64,000 nucleotides of DNA from Spirochaetaceae bacterium. GTDB lineage: Bacteria > Spirochaetota > Spirochaetia > DSM-27196 > SKKC01. Below the pieces are notes generated by a model. That model worked only from the letters and a program-made list of their open reading frames with translations. It had not been told where the DNA came from and searched no databases. This document shows, one piece after another, positions 26,948-36,159 of the stretch (position 1 is the first letter of the stretch; each line of letters begins with the position of its first letter). Made by a program: the position numbers and the translations under genes. The stretch spans positions 42,095-106,094 of the forward strand of contig RECN01000086.1 in the NCBI GenBank assembly GCA_007694005.1, given 5' to 3'.

Positions 26948-28348
26948 ATGCAGACACAGCCTGGGAATTCGGTAGAATCGCTTGCCGGGAGAAGGATACG
27001 GAACGGACGCTCCGATCAGTCCAATGAACAGGACCGCGTAGAACACATCGATTTCAAGATGGTCACGTTTTCTCTGGGTGGAAAGGATTACGGAATAGAT
27101 ATCATGAAGGTCGCCGAGATTGCAAAGTTTCGGACCTTCACCTACGTGCCGAACACACCCGATTTCGTCAGAGGCGTGTACAACCTTCGGGGCGACATCA
27201 TTTCCATAATCGATCTGCGTAAACTGTTTAATCTGAGCCACGACGAACAGGCGGAAGGCGAGGCTTACGACGGTCTGATAATTCGCCTCGAAGAAAACAT
27301 GCTCGGCGTCATCGTGGACAGCATTGCGCGTGTTGTTGGAATATCTCGAAACAGTATACAGCCTCCACATCCGATTTTCGCCGATGTTAATCTGAAGTAC
27401 ATCGAAGGTGTCGTTGAGTATAACGACCGTCTGTACATTATTCTGGACGTCGAACGCATTTTCGCACGCGAAGAACGGAAAGCCGATGAGCAGCCGGTCT
27501 TCGACGACACGAGACGAACGGGGGTTATGCAGCCGACTGAGCAGGCCGTGGAAGAAGAGCATGCACAGCCGGTTCAGGCAGCTCCTGAGGCAACAGGGGC
27601 CGATCCTGCACTGAGTTTTGAGTTCATCCGTGACACACTTTCGACCTTTGCCGGCTTCCACGTGACCCCAGTGAACGAAACCTGGGTTCGTCAACGATAC
27701 GAGGAATGGAGTCGTGACCGGAAAGCGGAGAACAGGGACGTGCAGTTCGAGTCTGCAGAAGACGCACAGGCTTTTCTGAGTCCGTTCTATTCGCCCGACA
27801 CCGGACGGTTCTGGTCACAGGAATACAGCCGGAGAGTTCGCTCGCTGCTACCGGATTCACAACCGACAACGTTTTTTGTCTGGAATGCAGGGTGTGCCGG
27901 TGGCTATGAATCCTACAGCCTTGCTTCCGTGCTCGTTTCGGAGTATGGCGATGCACGTATCAAGATATGGGCGCACGATAAAAATCTCATGCAGGTGTCG
28001 TCAGCTCCGAATCTCGTTTTTCAGGCGAATGTCCTGCCTCCAGAGTTTCGAGAGTACACCGTAACCGGCACCAACGGGAGTTCGTTTTCCTCGGAAATCA
28101 AGGATAGAATTGTTTTTGAGTATCATAACGTCCTTCATTCGAACTCCTTACCGGCGGTGGACATGGTGCTCGCCAGAGACCTGCTTTCATTCCTCGATCG
28201 CTCGGAACAGGCCGTTTTTCTCGAGCACGCAGCCGAGAAGCTGAAGTCCGGCGGCATTATAGTAGTTGGAGAACACGAACGACTCGACGACTCGAGTCTC
28301 TTCGAGGCCGTACAGACCGAGATATCAGGCGTATATCAGTTGAGATAA
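26948..28348 (+). CDS. cheW: CheW-like coupling domain fused to a CheR-like methyltransferase-fold domain
   Basis: The N-terminal half (FSLGGKDYGIDIMKVAEI...VRGVYNLRGDIISIIDLRKLF) is CheW-like. The C-terminal half carries CheR-like strings FFVWNAGCAGGYESYSLA and VDMVLARDLLSFLD. Confidence 0.85.
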   Translation: MQTQPGNSVESLAGRRIRNGRSDQSNEQDRVEHIDFKMVTFSLGGKDYGIDIMKVAEIAKFRTFTYVPNTPDFVRGVYNLRGDIISIIDLRKLFNLSHDEQAEGEAYDGLIIRLEENMLGVIVDSIARVVGISRNSIQPPHPIFADVNLKYIEGVVEYNDRLYIILDVERIFAREERKADEQPVFDDTRRTGVMQPTEQAVEEEHAQPVQAAPEATGADPALSFEFIRDTLSTFAGFHVTPVNETWVRQRYEEWSRDRKAENRDVQFESAEDAQAFLSPFYSPDTGRFWSQEYSRRVRSLLPDSQPTTFFVWNAGCAGGYESYSLASVLVSEYGDARIKIWAHDKNLMQVSSAPNLVFQANVLPPEFREYTVTGTNGSSFSSEIKDRIVFEYHNVLHSNSLPAVDMVLARDLLSFLDRSEQAVFLEHAAEKLKSGGIIVVGEHERLDDSSLFEAVQTEISGVYQLR

Positions 28349-28376
28349 GGATCAAATAGAAAGGTGAGAAAGATCG

Positions 28377-28853
28377 ATGAGAGTAGAATACATAAATCCA
28401 TTCGTTGAGTCAGCGTACAGTGTCATACAGGAAGTCCTCGGAGTCGAAGTCAAACGGGGTGACCTGTATCTGAAATCGACCTCCATGCCGGTTATGGGGG
28501 TTGCAGCCATCGTAGGTCTCGCGGGTGACGTTGAAGGACGCGTATTGTTCGATATGTCGAAAGAGACTGCCATTAAGATAGCAAACGGAATGCTGTCATC
28601 CATGGATATGGAACCTATTGAAACCCTGAACGATATGGGTCGAGCGACGATCACCGAACTCGCCAACATGATTACCGGGCAGGCGGTAACCAAGTTGCAC
28701 GACCTGGGATTCACATTTGATCTCACGCCACCGGCGATATTCACCGGAGACAATATGGAGGTCAGTGATCCGGGCGTGGAAGCACTCATAGTACCGATGG
28801 ACATTCCGCAGGGACGCGTTGAAGTAAACGTGGCGGTCAGAGAACGGGCATAG
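28377..28853 (+). CDS. cheX: CheY-P phosphatase CheX
   Basis: The 158-aa CheC/CheX-family sequence (MRVEYINPFVESAYSVIQEVLG...TELANMITGQ...PPAIFTG) closely resembles spirochaete CheX. Confidence 0.9.
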   Translation: MRVEYINPFVESAYSVIQEVLGVEVKRGDLYLKSTSMPVMGVAAIVGLAGDVEGRVLFDMSKETAIKIANGMLSSMDMEPIETLNDMGRATITELANMITGQAVTKLHDLGFTFDLTPPAIFTGDNMEVSDPGVEALIVPMDIPQGRVEVNVAVRERA

Positions 28854-28866
28854 GGAGCAGAAGAGC

Positions 28867-29304
28867 ATGAAGGCAAAGCAGGATTTTCCGACGATCAACG
28901 AACGCAAGGCAGAAGGTACCCGGGAAGACGGTTCCTCGTACCGTGTACTGGTCGTCGATGATTCGATGTTTGTAACCAAGCAGATCAGTCAGATTCTCAC
29001 GTCTGAAGGCTTTGAGGTTGCGGGGACCGCGGGAGACGGGCAGGAAGGTCTCGATAAGTACAAAGAGCTGTATCCAAATGTCGATCTCGTGACCATGGAC
29101 ATAACAATGCCCAAAATGGACGGCGTTACGGCGCTCGAAAAGATTATCGAGTTCGATGCCAACGCGAAGATCGTCATGATCAGCGCCCTCGGCAAACAGG
29201 ATCTCGTCAAGAAAGCTCTGCTTCTTGGCGCCAAGAACTACATTGTCAAACCACTTGACCGGAAAAAGGTGCTCGAACGCATACTTGCCTGCCTCAAGGA
29301 CTGA
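28867..29304 (+). CDS. cheY: chemotaxis response regulator CheY
   Basis: Receiver domain motifs VLVVDDS, DLVTMDITMPKMDG, MISALG and NYIVKP. Confidence 0.92.
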   Translation: MKAKQDFPTINERKAEGTREDGSSYRVLVVDDSMFVTKQISQILTSEGFEVAGTAGDGQEGLDKYKELYPNVDLVTMDITMPKMDGVTALEKIIEFDANAKIVMISALGKQDLVKKALLLGAKNYIVKPLDRKKVLERILACLKD

Positions 29305-29312
29305 ATAACGTC

Positions 29313-29341
29313 TTGACGGAAACGCGACTTTCACGTATTGT
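29313..29341 (+). promoter_or_regulatory. candidate sigma70-like promoter for tRNA-Val (TTGACG-N17-TATTGT)
   Basis: The -35 is at 29313-29318 and the -10 at 29336-29341. The mature tRNA 5' end is 13 nt downstream. Confidence 0.4.
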
Positions 29342-29353
29342 TCGGTCGCTATC

Positions 29354-29427
29354 GGGCGCTTAGCTCAGTTGGTTAGAGTGCTTGCTTGACATGCAAGAGG
29401 TCGGCGGTTCAAATCCGCCAGTGCCCA
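29354..29427 (+). tRNA. tRNA-Val (anticodon GAC)
   Basis: Manual cloverleaf: acceptor stem GGGCGCT/AGTGCCC, D arm GCTC-AGTTGGTTA-GAGT, anticodon arm CTTGC-TTGACAT-GCAAG, variable loop AGGTC, T arm GGCGG-TTCAAAT-CCGCC, discriminator A. No CCA is encoded. Confidence 0.92.
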
Positions 29428-29433
29428 TTCCCC

Positions 29434-30048
29434 TTAGTTCTGCCTCTCAATAAAAACACCGTGCTCGAGCAGCGCGGTAAGTCGTCGTGACACCTGAAGC
29501 AGCGCCTCGTTGCGCGTCATGTGTTCGATGCGGGATACGTCGGCGTAGGCTTCCTCGAACAACCCAAGTCGACTGTATATGCGGCCACGGTCAAGATATA
29601 TACGAGCGAAGTCTTCGTTACGCCTGGAAACGAGATCGAGGATCGCTAAGGACACAGCGTAGTTCTCGTCCTGTTCGTAGACTAGAGCGAGCAGATGCAG
29701 CGCTTCTGCGTTCCGGGAGTCTGTTTCAAGCACATTCTCGATAATGGTACGGACGCTGCCATAATCGCCTTCAGCAAGCGATAATCGGGCCCTCAGGACA
29801 CCTGCAACCGAATAGAAGGGGTATCTGAGGATGATGTCATCAAGGAGCACAGCAGCGTTCTCATAGCGGGCGAGGGCAAGGTCCTCGTAGACACGGTTCA
29901 TCGACGTCACCAGGTATTGTGTATCGGTGTGAGTACACGGGGAGAGGATCGTGGTTCGGCCGGAGCCGGGACCGAGGCTGTACAGAACAGGAAGCGCCAG
30001 AAGAACGATTCCTGACACGGCACACAGGGTTGCGGTACGGGCGTTCAT
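29434..30048 (-). CDS. TPR repeat protein with N-terminal signal/anchor
   Basis: Hydrophobic N-terminus TATLCAVSGIVLLALPVLY followed by TPR-like helical repeats (ALARYENAAVLLDDII, LSLAEGDYGSVRTIIENVL, YLDRGRIYSRLGLFEEA). Confidence 0.7.
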   Translation of the reverse strand: MNARTATLCAVSGIVLLALPVLYSLGPGSGRTTILSPCTHTDTQYLVTSMNRVYEDLALARYENAAVLLDDIILRYPFYSVAGVLRARLSLAEGDYGSVRTIIENVLETDSRNAEALHLLALVYEQDENYAVSLAILDLVSRRNEDFARIYLDRGRIYSRLGLFEEAYADVSRIEHMTRNEALLQVSRRLTALLEHGVFIERQN

Positions 30049-30093
30049 ACCCTTAGATACGCTCGTGAACGAGACCTTGATTGCAACGAACGT

Positions 30094-30813
30094 TTACGGA
30101 GCGGCGAACTCCGCATATCTGCGCCTGGCTCGTTCGAGCTCCGATTCCTTTGCAACATCGGTGTTGATCCATTCGATCAACGCGGCATAGTTCGCGCTCT
30201 GTGCATCGGGTGCAAGATATCCGCTGACAACCTGTATAACGTGAAAACCGTTCCGGAGCTGGAACGAAAGTGTCGGATCGAATATGCGACCCCGAATCAC
30301 TTCGAGCACATAGTCGTGTATGCTCAACCGGTCCGAACAGCTCTCATAGCCCGGCAGACGTGCCCCGGCACGAATGCGCAGCAGCCCGGGCTGACGACAC
30401 AGAATGCGTCTCGCATCGTATAACCTGCGACCTATACCTCGTCCGCGGGCATCCGGGTGAACAAACACTTCGGCTCCGTACAGGGTCCGCCCGCCTGCAT
30501 CGTGGTTCGTGAACATTCCGTTATCAGTGAAATCAATATAGTCGTCTGTAATTTCATAGTCTTCCCAGAGAACGGTCAGACTCATCGCAGTTCCGACGAG
30601 GGTATTGGAGTTTTCGTCGATGGCGACAATCTGTCCTTCAGGAAAGACGCGTTGATGCGATTCAAGCTCACGGTAGGTCCACGCGAGCGAAGGAGGGTAG
30701 ACCAGGTGAGAAACCTCAACTATATCGTCATGATCCGACGGTCGCGTCGTTCGGACCCGTATTCCACATTCCCGGTCGAAGATATCGATAAAAAGCGAGT
30801 CGTCTTCATCCAT
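30094..30813 (-). CDS. GNAT family N-acetyltransferase
   Basis: ORF 30094..30954 trimmed to ATG 30813 to avoid overlapping the upstream gene. Acetyl-CoA motif A is VHPDARGRGIGRRLY. Confidence 0.75.
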   Translation of the reverse strand: MDEDDSLFIDIFDRECGIRVRTTRPSDHDDIVEVSHLVYPPSLAWTYRELESHQRVFPEGQIVAIDENSNTLVGTAMSLTVLWEDYEITDDYIDFTDNGMFTNHDAGGRTLYGAEVFVHPDARGRGIGRRLYDARRILCRQPGLLRIRAGARLPGYESCSDRLSIHDYVLEVIRGRIFDPTLSFQLRNGFHVIQVVSGYLAPDAQSANYAALIEWINTDVAKESELERARRRYAEFAAP

Positions 30814-30826
30814 GTCTGTCGAATCC

Positions 30827-31732
30827 TTACTGAAGCGAGCACACTTCAGTATTACGTACGAGTTTGCGTGTATGCCTCGCATCCACGAGGGGGAGTACCG
30901 TGCCGAAGGTACGGCTTTGTGCAATCGTTTCCAGATCGAGTTCACCGACCGCAATCATGTCCTGGTTCAGTACACCTTCAGTCAGTATACCGTCGCGAGC
31001 GAATGGATAGTCACAGGGTGTGAGTATCGCCGCAGTTCCGTAGTTAAGCGAAACGTCGGGCACCCACGGCAATCCACCAACCGTAGGCGAATGAATGACA
31101 TACATCTGGTTCTCAATGGCTCGAGCGTGTGCGCAGTATCGAACGCGCAGATATCCGTGGCGATCATCGGTGCTGCTGGGAACACAAAGGATGTCAACAT
31201 CATAATCCGCGAGAGCGCGAACGAGTTCGGGAAACTCGACGTCATAACAGATCGCTACGGCAATGCGGCCGAAGTCGGTCTCGAATACCTTCAGCTCATT
31301 TCGTTCGGAAACGCCCCAGTCCTCGCGCTCGAACCGCGTCATGTGCAGCTTTCCCTGTATGCCGATTTTTCCCTGTGGAGAGAACACATAGCAGTCGTTC
31401 CTCACCTGGTCATCTTCCGGGTCTACCGTGGGAATCGTACCGGCAACAATGTACATTCCGTGCTCCCGCGACAGGTCCGTAAATAACTCAAGAAAACGGG
31501 GCAGGTGATACGCCACACCGCGTACGAGTTCGGCCACAGGTCGATGTGGATCATCCAGCGCTGCGAGCTGAAGCGAGAAATACTCCGGAAGCACAAAGAG
31601 TCGCGAATCATACCCGGCGGCGGTTGCGACAACAGACTTGACCTGATCAACGAACTCGTCAAATCCCTGTATGGGGCGAACGTAGTACTGAGAAGCGGCC
31701 ACACGCAGGCGGCCGGGATGCGTATTCTTCAT
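30827..31732 (-). CDS. carbon-nitrogen hydrolase (nitrilase superfamily) protein
   Basis: Family strings LRVAASQY, LFVLPEY (Glu) and VAICYDVEFPE (Cys), with a length of 301 aa. Confidence 0.85.
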   Translation of the reverse strand: MKNTHPGRLRVAASQYYVRPIQGFDEFVDQVKSVVATAAGYDSRLFVLPEYFSLQLAALDDPHRPVAELVRGVAYHLPRFLELFTDLSREHGMYIVAGTIPTVDPEDDQVRNDCYVFSPQGKIGIQGKLHMTRFEREDWGVSERNELKVFETDFGRIAVAICYDVEFPELVRALADYDVDILCVPSSTDDRHGYLRVRYCAHARAIENQMYVIHSPTVGGLPWVPDVSLNYGTAAILTPCDYPFARDGILTEGVLNQDMIAVGELDLETIAQSRTFGTVLPLVDARHTRKLVRNTEVCSLQ

Positions 31733-31751
31733 ACCGGGATGGTAACAGAAA

Positions 31752-33434
31752 TCAGCTTGTTACAGCACCCGTACTCGCTGAACTCACCAGTCGCGCAAAT
31801 TTCGCCAGAACTCCACGCTTGTAGCCATGATCCTTCGGGGCCCAGTCGTTTCGTCGACGCGCGAGTTCCGAATCAGAGACCTGTACCGAGAGCTCTTTTG
31901 TGTGACTGTTGATGGAGATAACGTCTCCCTCGTTCAAAAGACCTATCGGACCACCATCCTGTGCCTCAGGCGAAACGTGACCGACGACCATGCCGTGACT
32001 ACCACCGCTGAAACGTCCGTCGGTAATTAATGCCACGTCGTGAAGTAGCCCTGCGCCAGCGATAGCACTCGTAGGTGCGAGCATTTCACGCATTCCAGGA
32101 CCGCCTTTCGGGCCCTCGTAGCGAATTACGACAACATCACCTGCCTTGATCGACCCGGAAATGATCGCCTTCATGGCGTGCTGCTCGTTCTCGAAGACCC
32201 GCGCAGGACCGGTGTGCACGACTTCCTGCAACCCGCAGGTTTTCAGAACCGCGCCGTCAGGTGCAAGATTTCCTTTCAGAATGACGATCGGTCCCTGACT
32301 CTTTACCGGTTTCTCGAAGGGATGTACCACGTCCTGCCCTTCAAGCTTTACCGCAACGTTCTCGAGGTCCTCAGCAAGCGTTTTACCGGTAACAGTTTTG
32401 CAGTCACCGTGTAGAAGACCCTTATCCAGCAGCATTTTCATGACCATCTGCAGGCCGCCTGCCTGGTCCAGGTCTTCCATGACATAGGTTCCCGCAGGTT
32501 TCATGTCACAGAGTATCGGTGTGGTATCGCTGAAGTGGTTGAAGTCATCGATGGTGAGATCGACGTCGACTTCATGAGCGAGTGCAAGCAGGTGGAGAAC
32601 GGCATTCGTGCTGCCACCGAGCGCCATGATCGTTCGTATGGCGTTCTCGAAGGCCTTACGAGTCATGATATCGCGGGGACATACGTTTTCTTCGATGAGG
32701 CGATACAGCGTGCGAGCGCTACGTTCCATCACTTCCTGTCGTCTCGGATCGTCAGCGGGTACGGAAGAGTTACCGGGGACGCTCATTCCAAGCGCTTCGA
32801 CGGCACAGGCCATCGTGTTTGCCGTGTACATTCCTCCGCAGGCTCCCGGCCCGGGACACGCTGCACACTCAACGGCATGCCGCTCGGCCTCTGTCATGGT
32901 TCCCGCACTGACCGCCCCGACGGCCTCGAACGCACTCACGATATCGATGCGTTTACCCGCAATTCTACCACTGCGGATCGTGCCGCCATAGACAAACAGT
33001 CCGGGTACGTTCATGCGGGCGATGCCCATAAGCGTGCCCGGTATCGTCTTGTCACAGCCCCCGATACCGAGAAGGGCGTCGAGCTGGTGCCCGCGCGCGA
33101 CGAGCTCGATGACGTCTGCGATGGTATCGCGGCTCACAAGGCTCGCCTTCATGCCTTCGTGCCCCATGGCCTCACCGTCGGTTACCACGAAGGTATTGAA
33201 ACCGACCGCTTTGGCGCCTGACTCCTCAAGCGGTGGCCGGCACATATCTGCAAGGTCGCGCAGATGAATGTTGCAGGGGCTGACATCACCCCATGCGCTT
33301 GCGACGCCGACAATGGGCTTGGTAAAGTCGTCGTCCTTGAAGCCGACTGCCCGTAACATCGCTCTATTAGCCGTGCGTTCAAGCCCTTCGGTCATCTCAC
33401 GACTGTTACGATTCAATGCTTTGCTGGATGCCAT
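31752..33434 (-). CDS. ilvD: dihydroxy-acid dehydratase
   Basis: A full-length 560-aa IlvD/Edd family sequence with GIGGCDKTIPG, ITDGRFSGG and MREMLAPTSA. Confidence 0.95.
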   Translation of the reverse strand: MASSKALNRNSREMTEGLERTANRAMLRAVGFKDDDFTKPIVGVASAWGDVSPCNIHLRDLADMCRPPLEESGAKAVGFNTFVVTDGEAMGHEGMKASLVSRDTIADVIELVARGHQLDALLGIGGCDKTIPGTLMGIARMNVPGLFVYGGTIRSGRIAGKRIDIVSAFEAVGAVSAGTMTEAERHAVECAACPGPGACGGMYTANTMACAVEALGMSVPGNSSVPADDPRRQEVMERSARTLYRLIEENVCPRDIMTRKAFENAIRTIMALGGSTNAVLHLLALAHEVDVDLTIDDFNHFSDTTPILCDMKPAGTYVMEDLDQAGGLQMVMKMLLDKGLLHGDCKTVTGKTLAEDLENVAVKLEGQDVVHPFEKPVKSQGPIVILKGNLAPDGAVLKTCGLQEVVHTGPARVFENEQHAMKAIISGSIKAGDVVVIRYEGPKGGPGMREMLAPTSAIAGAGLLHDVALITDGRFSGGSHGMVVGHVSPEAQDGGPIGLLNEGDVISINSHTKELSVQVSDSELARRRNDWAPKDHGYKRGVLAKFARLVSSASTGAVTS

Positions 33435-33449
33435 CTTGTTGTCCCTTTT

Positions 33450-34052
33450 CTAGAATCCGGATACGTAGGGCAGGCGAGCTGCGACCTTGTCGATGTCCTC
33501 GGGCGCGTCGAGCAGGACCGACGTAGAATCCCATGTGCCCTGAGTCAGACTGTTACGATATGCTGGCGGAATAAAACCCTCAAAGGTACGGCGTCCGACC
33601 TGGACGACCTGCTCGCGGACGAGCAGGGTGAGTTCCCGCGAGGGGTCCTCTTCGACAAGGCGAATGATCTCTTCGACAGCCTCGTGAGATAACTCGATAG
33701 CGGGTATGCCCATCGCGACACAGTTTCCGGCGAATATTTCGGCGTAACTCTCACCGATTACAGCTTTGATTCCCCACTTTGCGAGCGCCTGAGGTGCGTG
33801 CTCTCGGGATGAACCGCAGCCGAAATTTGAGTTCACCAGAAGTATCGATGCACCCTGGTACTTCTCTTCGTTAAAAGGATGGTCTTTCTCGCTTCCCTGA
33901 TCGTCGAATCGCACGTCGAAGAAGGCATATTCTCCGAGGCCATCGAAGGTTACACACTTCATGAAACGGGCAGGAATGATCTGATCGGTGTCAATATCGT
34001 TTCCGCGAATGGGAATCGCTCTACCTTCTACTTTGAAAACATGATTTGGCAT
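33450..34052 (-). CDS. leuD: 3-isopropylmalate dehydratase small subunit
   Basis: LeuD motif NFGCGSSREHAPQAL, a 200-aa length, and a position adjacent to leuC. Confidence 0.9.
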   Translation of the reverse strand: MPNHVFKVEGRAIPIRGNDIDTDQIIPARFMKCVTFDGLGEYAFFDVRFDDQGSEKDHPFNEEKYQGASILLVNSNFGCGSSREHAPQALAKWGIKAVIGESYAEIFAGNCVAMGIPAIELSHEAVEEIIRLVEEDPSRELTLLVREQVVQVGRRTFEGFIPPAYRNSLTQGTWDSTSVLLDAPEDIDKVAARLPYVSGF

Positions 34053-34078
34053 GGTGTTGTACTCCCTTTGTGGCGCTT

Positions 34079-35506
34079 CTATGCGTGTTGCGGCTCGCCG
34101 GTTCTCTGTTTCATTTCCCGGACGTCAATGACTTCGCCGGCAATCGCGGCCGCTGCGACCATAGCAGGACTCATAAGCAGCGTACGCCCACCTGGCGCAC
34201 CCTGACGGCCGATGAAGTTTCGGTTACTCGAGCTTGCACAGATTTCCCGTCCCTGAAGTTTGTCGGGGTTCATTCCCAGACACATGCTGCATCCGGCGCC
34301 ACGCCACTCAAAACCCGCGTCTTCGAAAATCTGCATGAGCCCTTCTTCGCGAGCCTGTCGGGCGATCTGCATGCTGCCGGGGACTACGAATGCCTTTACG
34401 CTCGGCTTGACCGTGCGGCCTTTGACGATTGAAGCCGCCTCGCGAAGATCGGAAATTCGTGAATTCGTGCAGCTTCCAAGGAAGGCAACGTCAATCTGCG
34501 TTCCCCGAATGGTCTGACCCTCATCAAACTCCATGTGCTTGTACGCCTTCCTGGCGACTTCCTGCTGTTCCGGGGGCATTTCCGAAACAGTAGGCATGCA
34601 GTCTTCAACACTGATGGCCTGTCCCGGGTTTATCCCCCAGGTGACCATGGGGCTCAGGCTGTTCGCGTCAAGCGTATATACGTCGTCGTAGCGCGCATCC
34701 TCATCGCTCGCAATGCTGTTCCAGAATGCGACGGCCTGATCGAAGTCTTCACCATCCGGAGCGTACTGACGCCCACGCATGTACTCGTAGGTTGTCTCAT
34801 CGGGATTTATGTACCCGACCCGGGCGCCGCCTTCTATGCTCATGTTGCATATGGTCATGCGCCCTTCCATGGACAGCTCGTGTATCGCCGACCCTGCGTA
34901 TTCGTAGGCGTACCCGAGACCGCCTTTCACACCGAGATCGGCGATGATTTTCAGGATTATGTCCTTCGCATACACACCGTTCGCCAGGGTTCCGTCGACC
35001 TGAATGCGTCTGACTTTCGGCCTGCTGATCGCCATGCACTGTGACGCAAGAACGTCGCGGATCTGGCTGGTGCCTATCCCGAAGCCTATGGCTCCGAATG
35101 CACCGTGTGTCGAGGTATGTGAGTCACCACACGCAATCGTCATTCCGGGTTGGGTCAGTCCAAGTTCAGGCCCGATGATGTGTACGATACCCTGTTTACC
35201 GCTCGAAAGGTCAAAGAATTCGATGTTGTATTTCTTCGTGTTTTCTTCGAGAGCCTGCATCATCTGCTCGGCAAGAGAATCTCCGAAAGGTCGTGCCTGG
35301 GCCTTTGTCGGTACAATGTGGTCGACCGTAGCAAAAGTTCTCTCCGGGAATCGGACGGTCAGTCCCCGATCTTCGAGCATCTGAAACGCCTGTGGACTTG
35401 TTACCTCATGAATAAGGTGTAGACCAATAAAGAGTTGATCCTGTCCGCTTTCAAGCGTTCGTACTTTGTGAAGATCCCATACTTTGTCGAACAAATTCCG
35501 TCCCAT
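34079..35506 (-). CDS. leuC: 3-isopropylmalate dehydratase large subunit
   Basis: Aconitase-family Fe-S ligand motifs [18 protein letters not shown] and GCSMCLGMN. Confidence 0.92.
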   Translation of the reverse strand: MGRNLFDKVWDLHKVRTLESGQDQLFIGLHLIHEVTSPQAFQMLEDRGLTVRFPERTFATVDHIVPTKAQARPFGDSLAEQMMQALEENTKKYNIEFFDLSSGKQGIVHIIGPELGLTQPGMTIACGDSHTSTHGAFGAIGFGIGTSQIRDVLASQCMAISRPKVRRIQVDGTLANGVYAKDIILKIIADLGVKGGLGYAYEYAGSAIHELSMEGRMTICNMSIEGGARVGYINPDETTYEYMRGRQYAPDGEDFDQAVAFWNSIASDEDARYDDVYTLDANSLSPMVTWGINPGQAISVEDCMPTVSEMPPEQQEVARKAYKHMEFDEGQTIRGTQIDVAFLGSCTNSRISDLREAASIVKGRTVKPSVKAFVVPGSMQIARQAREEGLMQIFEDAGFEWRGAGCSMCLGMNPDKLQGREICASSSNRNFIGRQGAPGGRTLLMSPAMVAAAAIAGEVIDVREMKQRTGEPQHA

Positions 35507-35515
35507 GTCAGCTCC

Positions 35516-36154
35516 TTATGAGGTTACCTTTTCTCCGCGGGCCATGATCAGTTTGCCCGTGCGTATCATCTCAACTACGCCATAACTACTCAATACCATC
35601 TGTGCATTATCAAGTCTTTCCGTCGGACCGGTGATCTGGAACGTGACCGTCGTCTCACTGAGGTCGAGTGTCACGCATTCAAGGGCATGGGCAAGCTGAA
35701 GAACTTCGGGTCTTTCCTCTGGCTGGCACTTTACCTTGATAAGTGCGAGTTCGCGCTGAATCAGATCTTCGTCTGTGTAGTCGGTTGCGTGCACGACATC
35801 GACAAGTTTGTTGACCTGTTTGATAATCTGATCGAGGGTCGTCTTGTCTCCACTGACATCGATGTTCATTACCGAAAAGCGTTCGTCACTGCTTGGACTG
35901 ACGACCAGGCTGTCAATGTTGAACCCTCGTCGTGCAAACACGAGCGCGATTCGGATCAGCATCCCCGGCTTGTTGCTTACGAGCAGACTGATCGTATGTC
36001 CCTTTACCTGATCCATTGCGGCTGTGTCGTCAGGACGCTGTCGCCGCTGTGCGCGTTCGAGCAGACGTCCCTGCTCAAGTCTGTCTTCGAATGTACTCGC
36101 ACCATGGGCGGATTTAACGCTTCGAGTCGATCCATTATTGGGTAAACTACTCAT
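35516..36154 (-). CDS. ilvN: acetolactate synthase small (regulatory) subunit
   Basis: ACT domain HTISLLVSNKPGMLIRIALVFARRGFNIDSLVV. The 46-aa N-terminal extension is unusual, so ATG 36016 is an alternative start. Confidence 0.85.
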   Translation of the reverse strand: MSSLPNNGSTRSVKSAHGASTFEDRLEQGRLLERAQRRQRPDDTAAMDQVKGHTISLLVSNKPGMLIRIALVFARRGFNIDSLVVSPSSDERFSVMNIDVSGDKTTLDQIIKQVNKLVDVVHATDYTDEDLIQRELALIKVKCQPEERPEVLQLAHALECVTLDLSETTVTFQITGPTERLDNAQMVLSSYGVVEMIRTGKLIMARGEKVTS

Positions 36155-36159
36155 TGCTC

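Noticed and set aside
30814-30954. 47-aa N-terminal extension of the GNAT ORF overlapping the 3' end of the C-N hydrolase gene by 128 nt
   Set aside because: An internal ATG at 30813 lies 13 nt after the upstream stop and precedes all GNAT-homologous sequence. The extension has no homology-like features.
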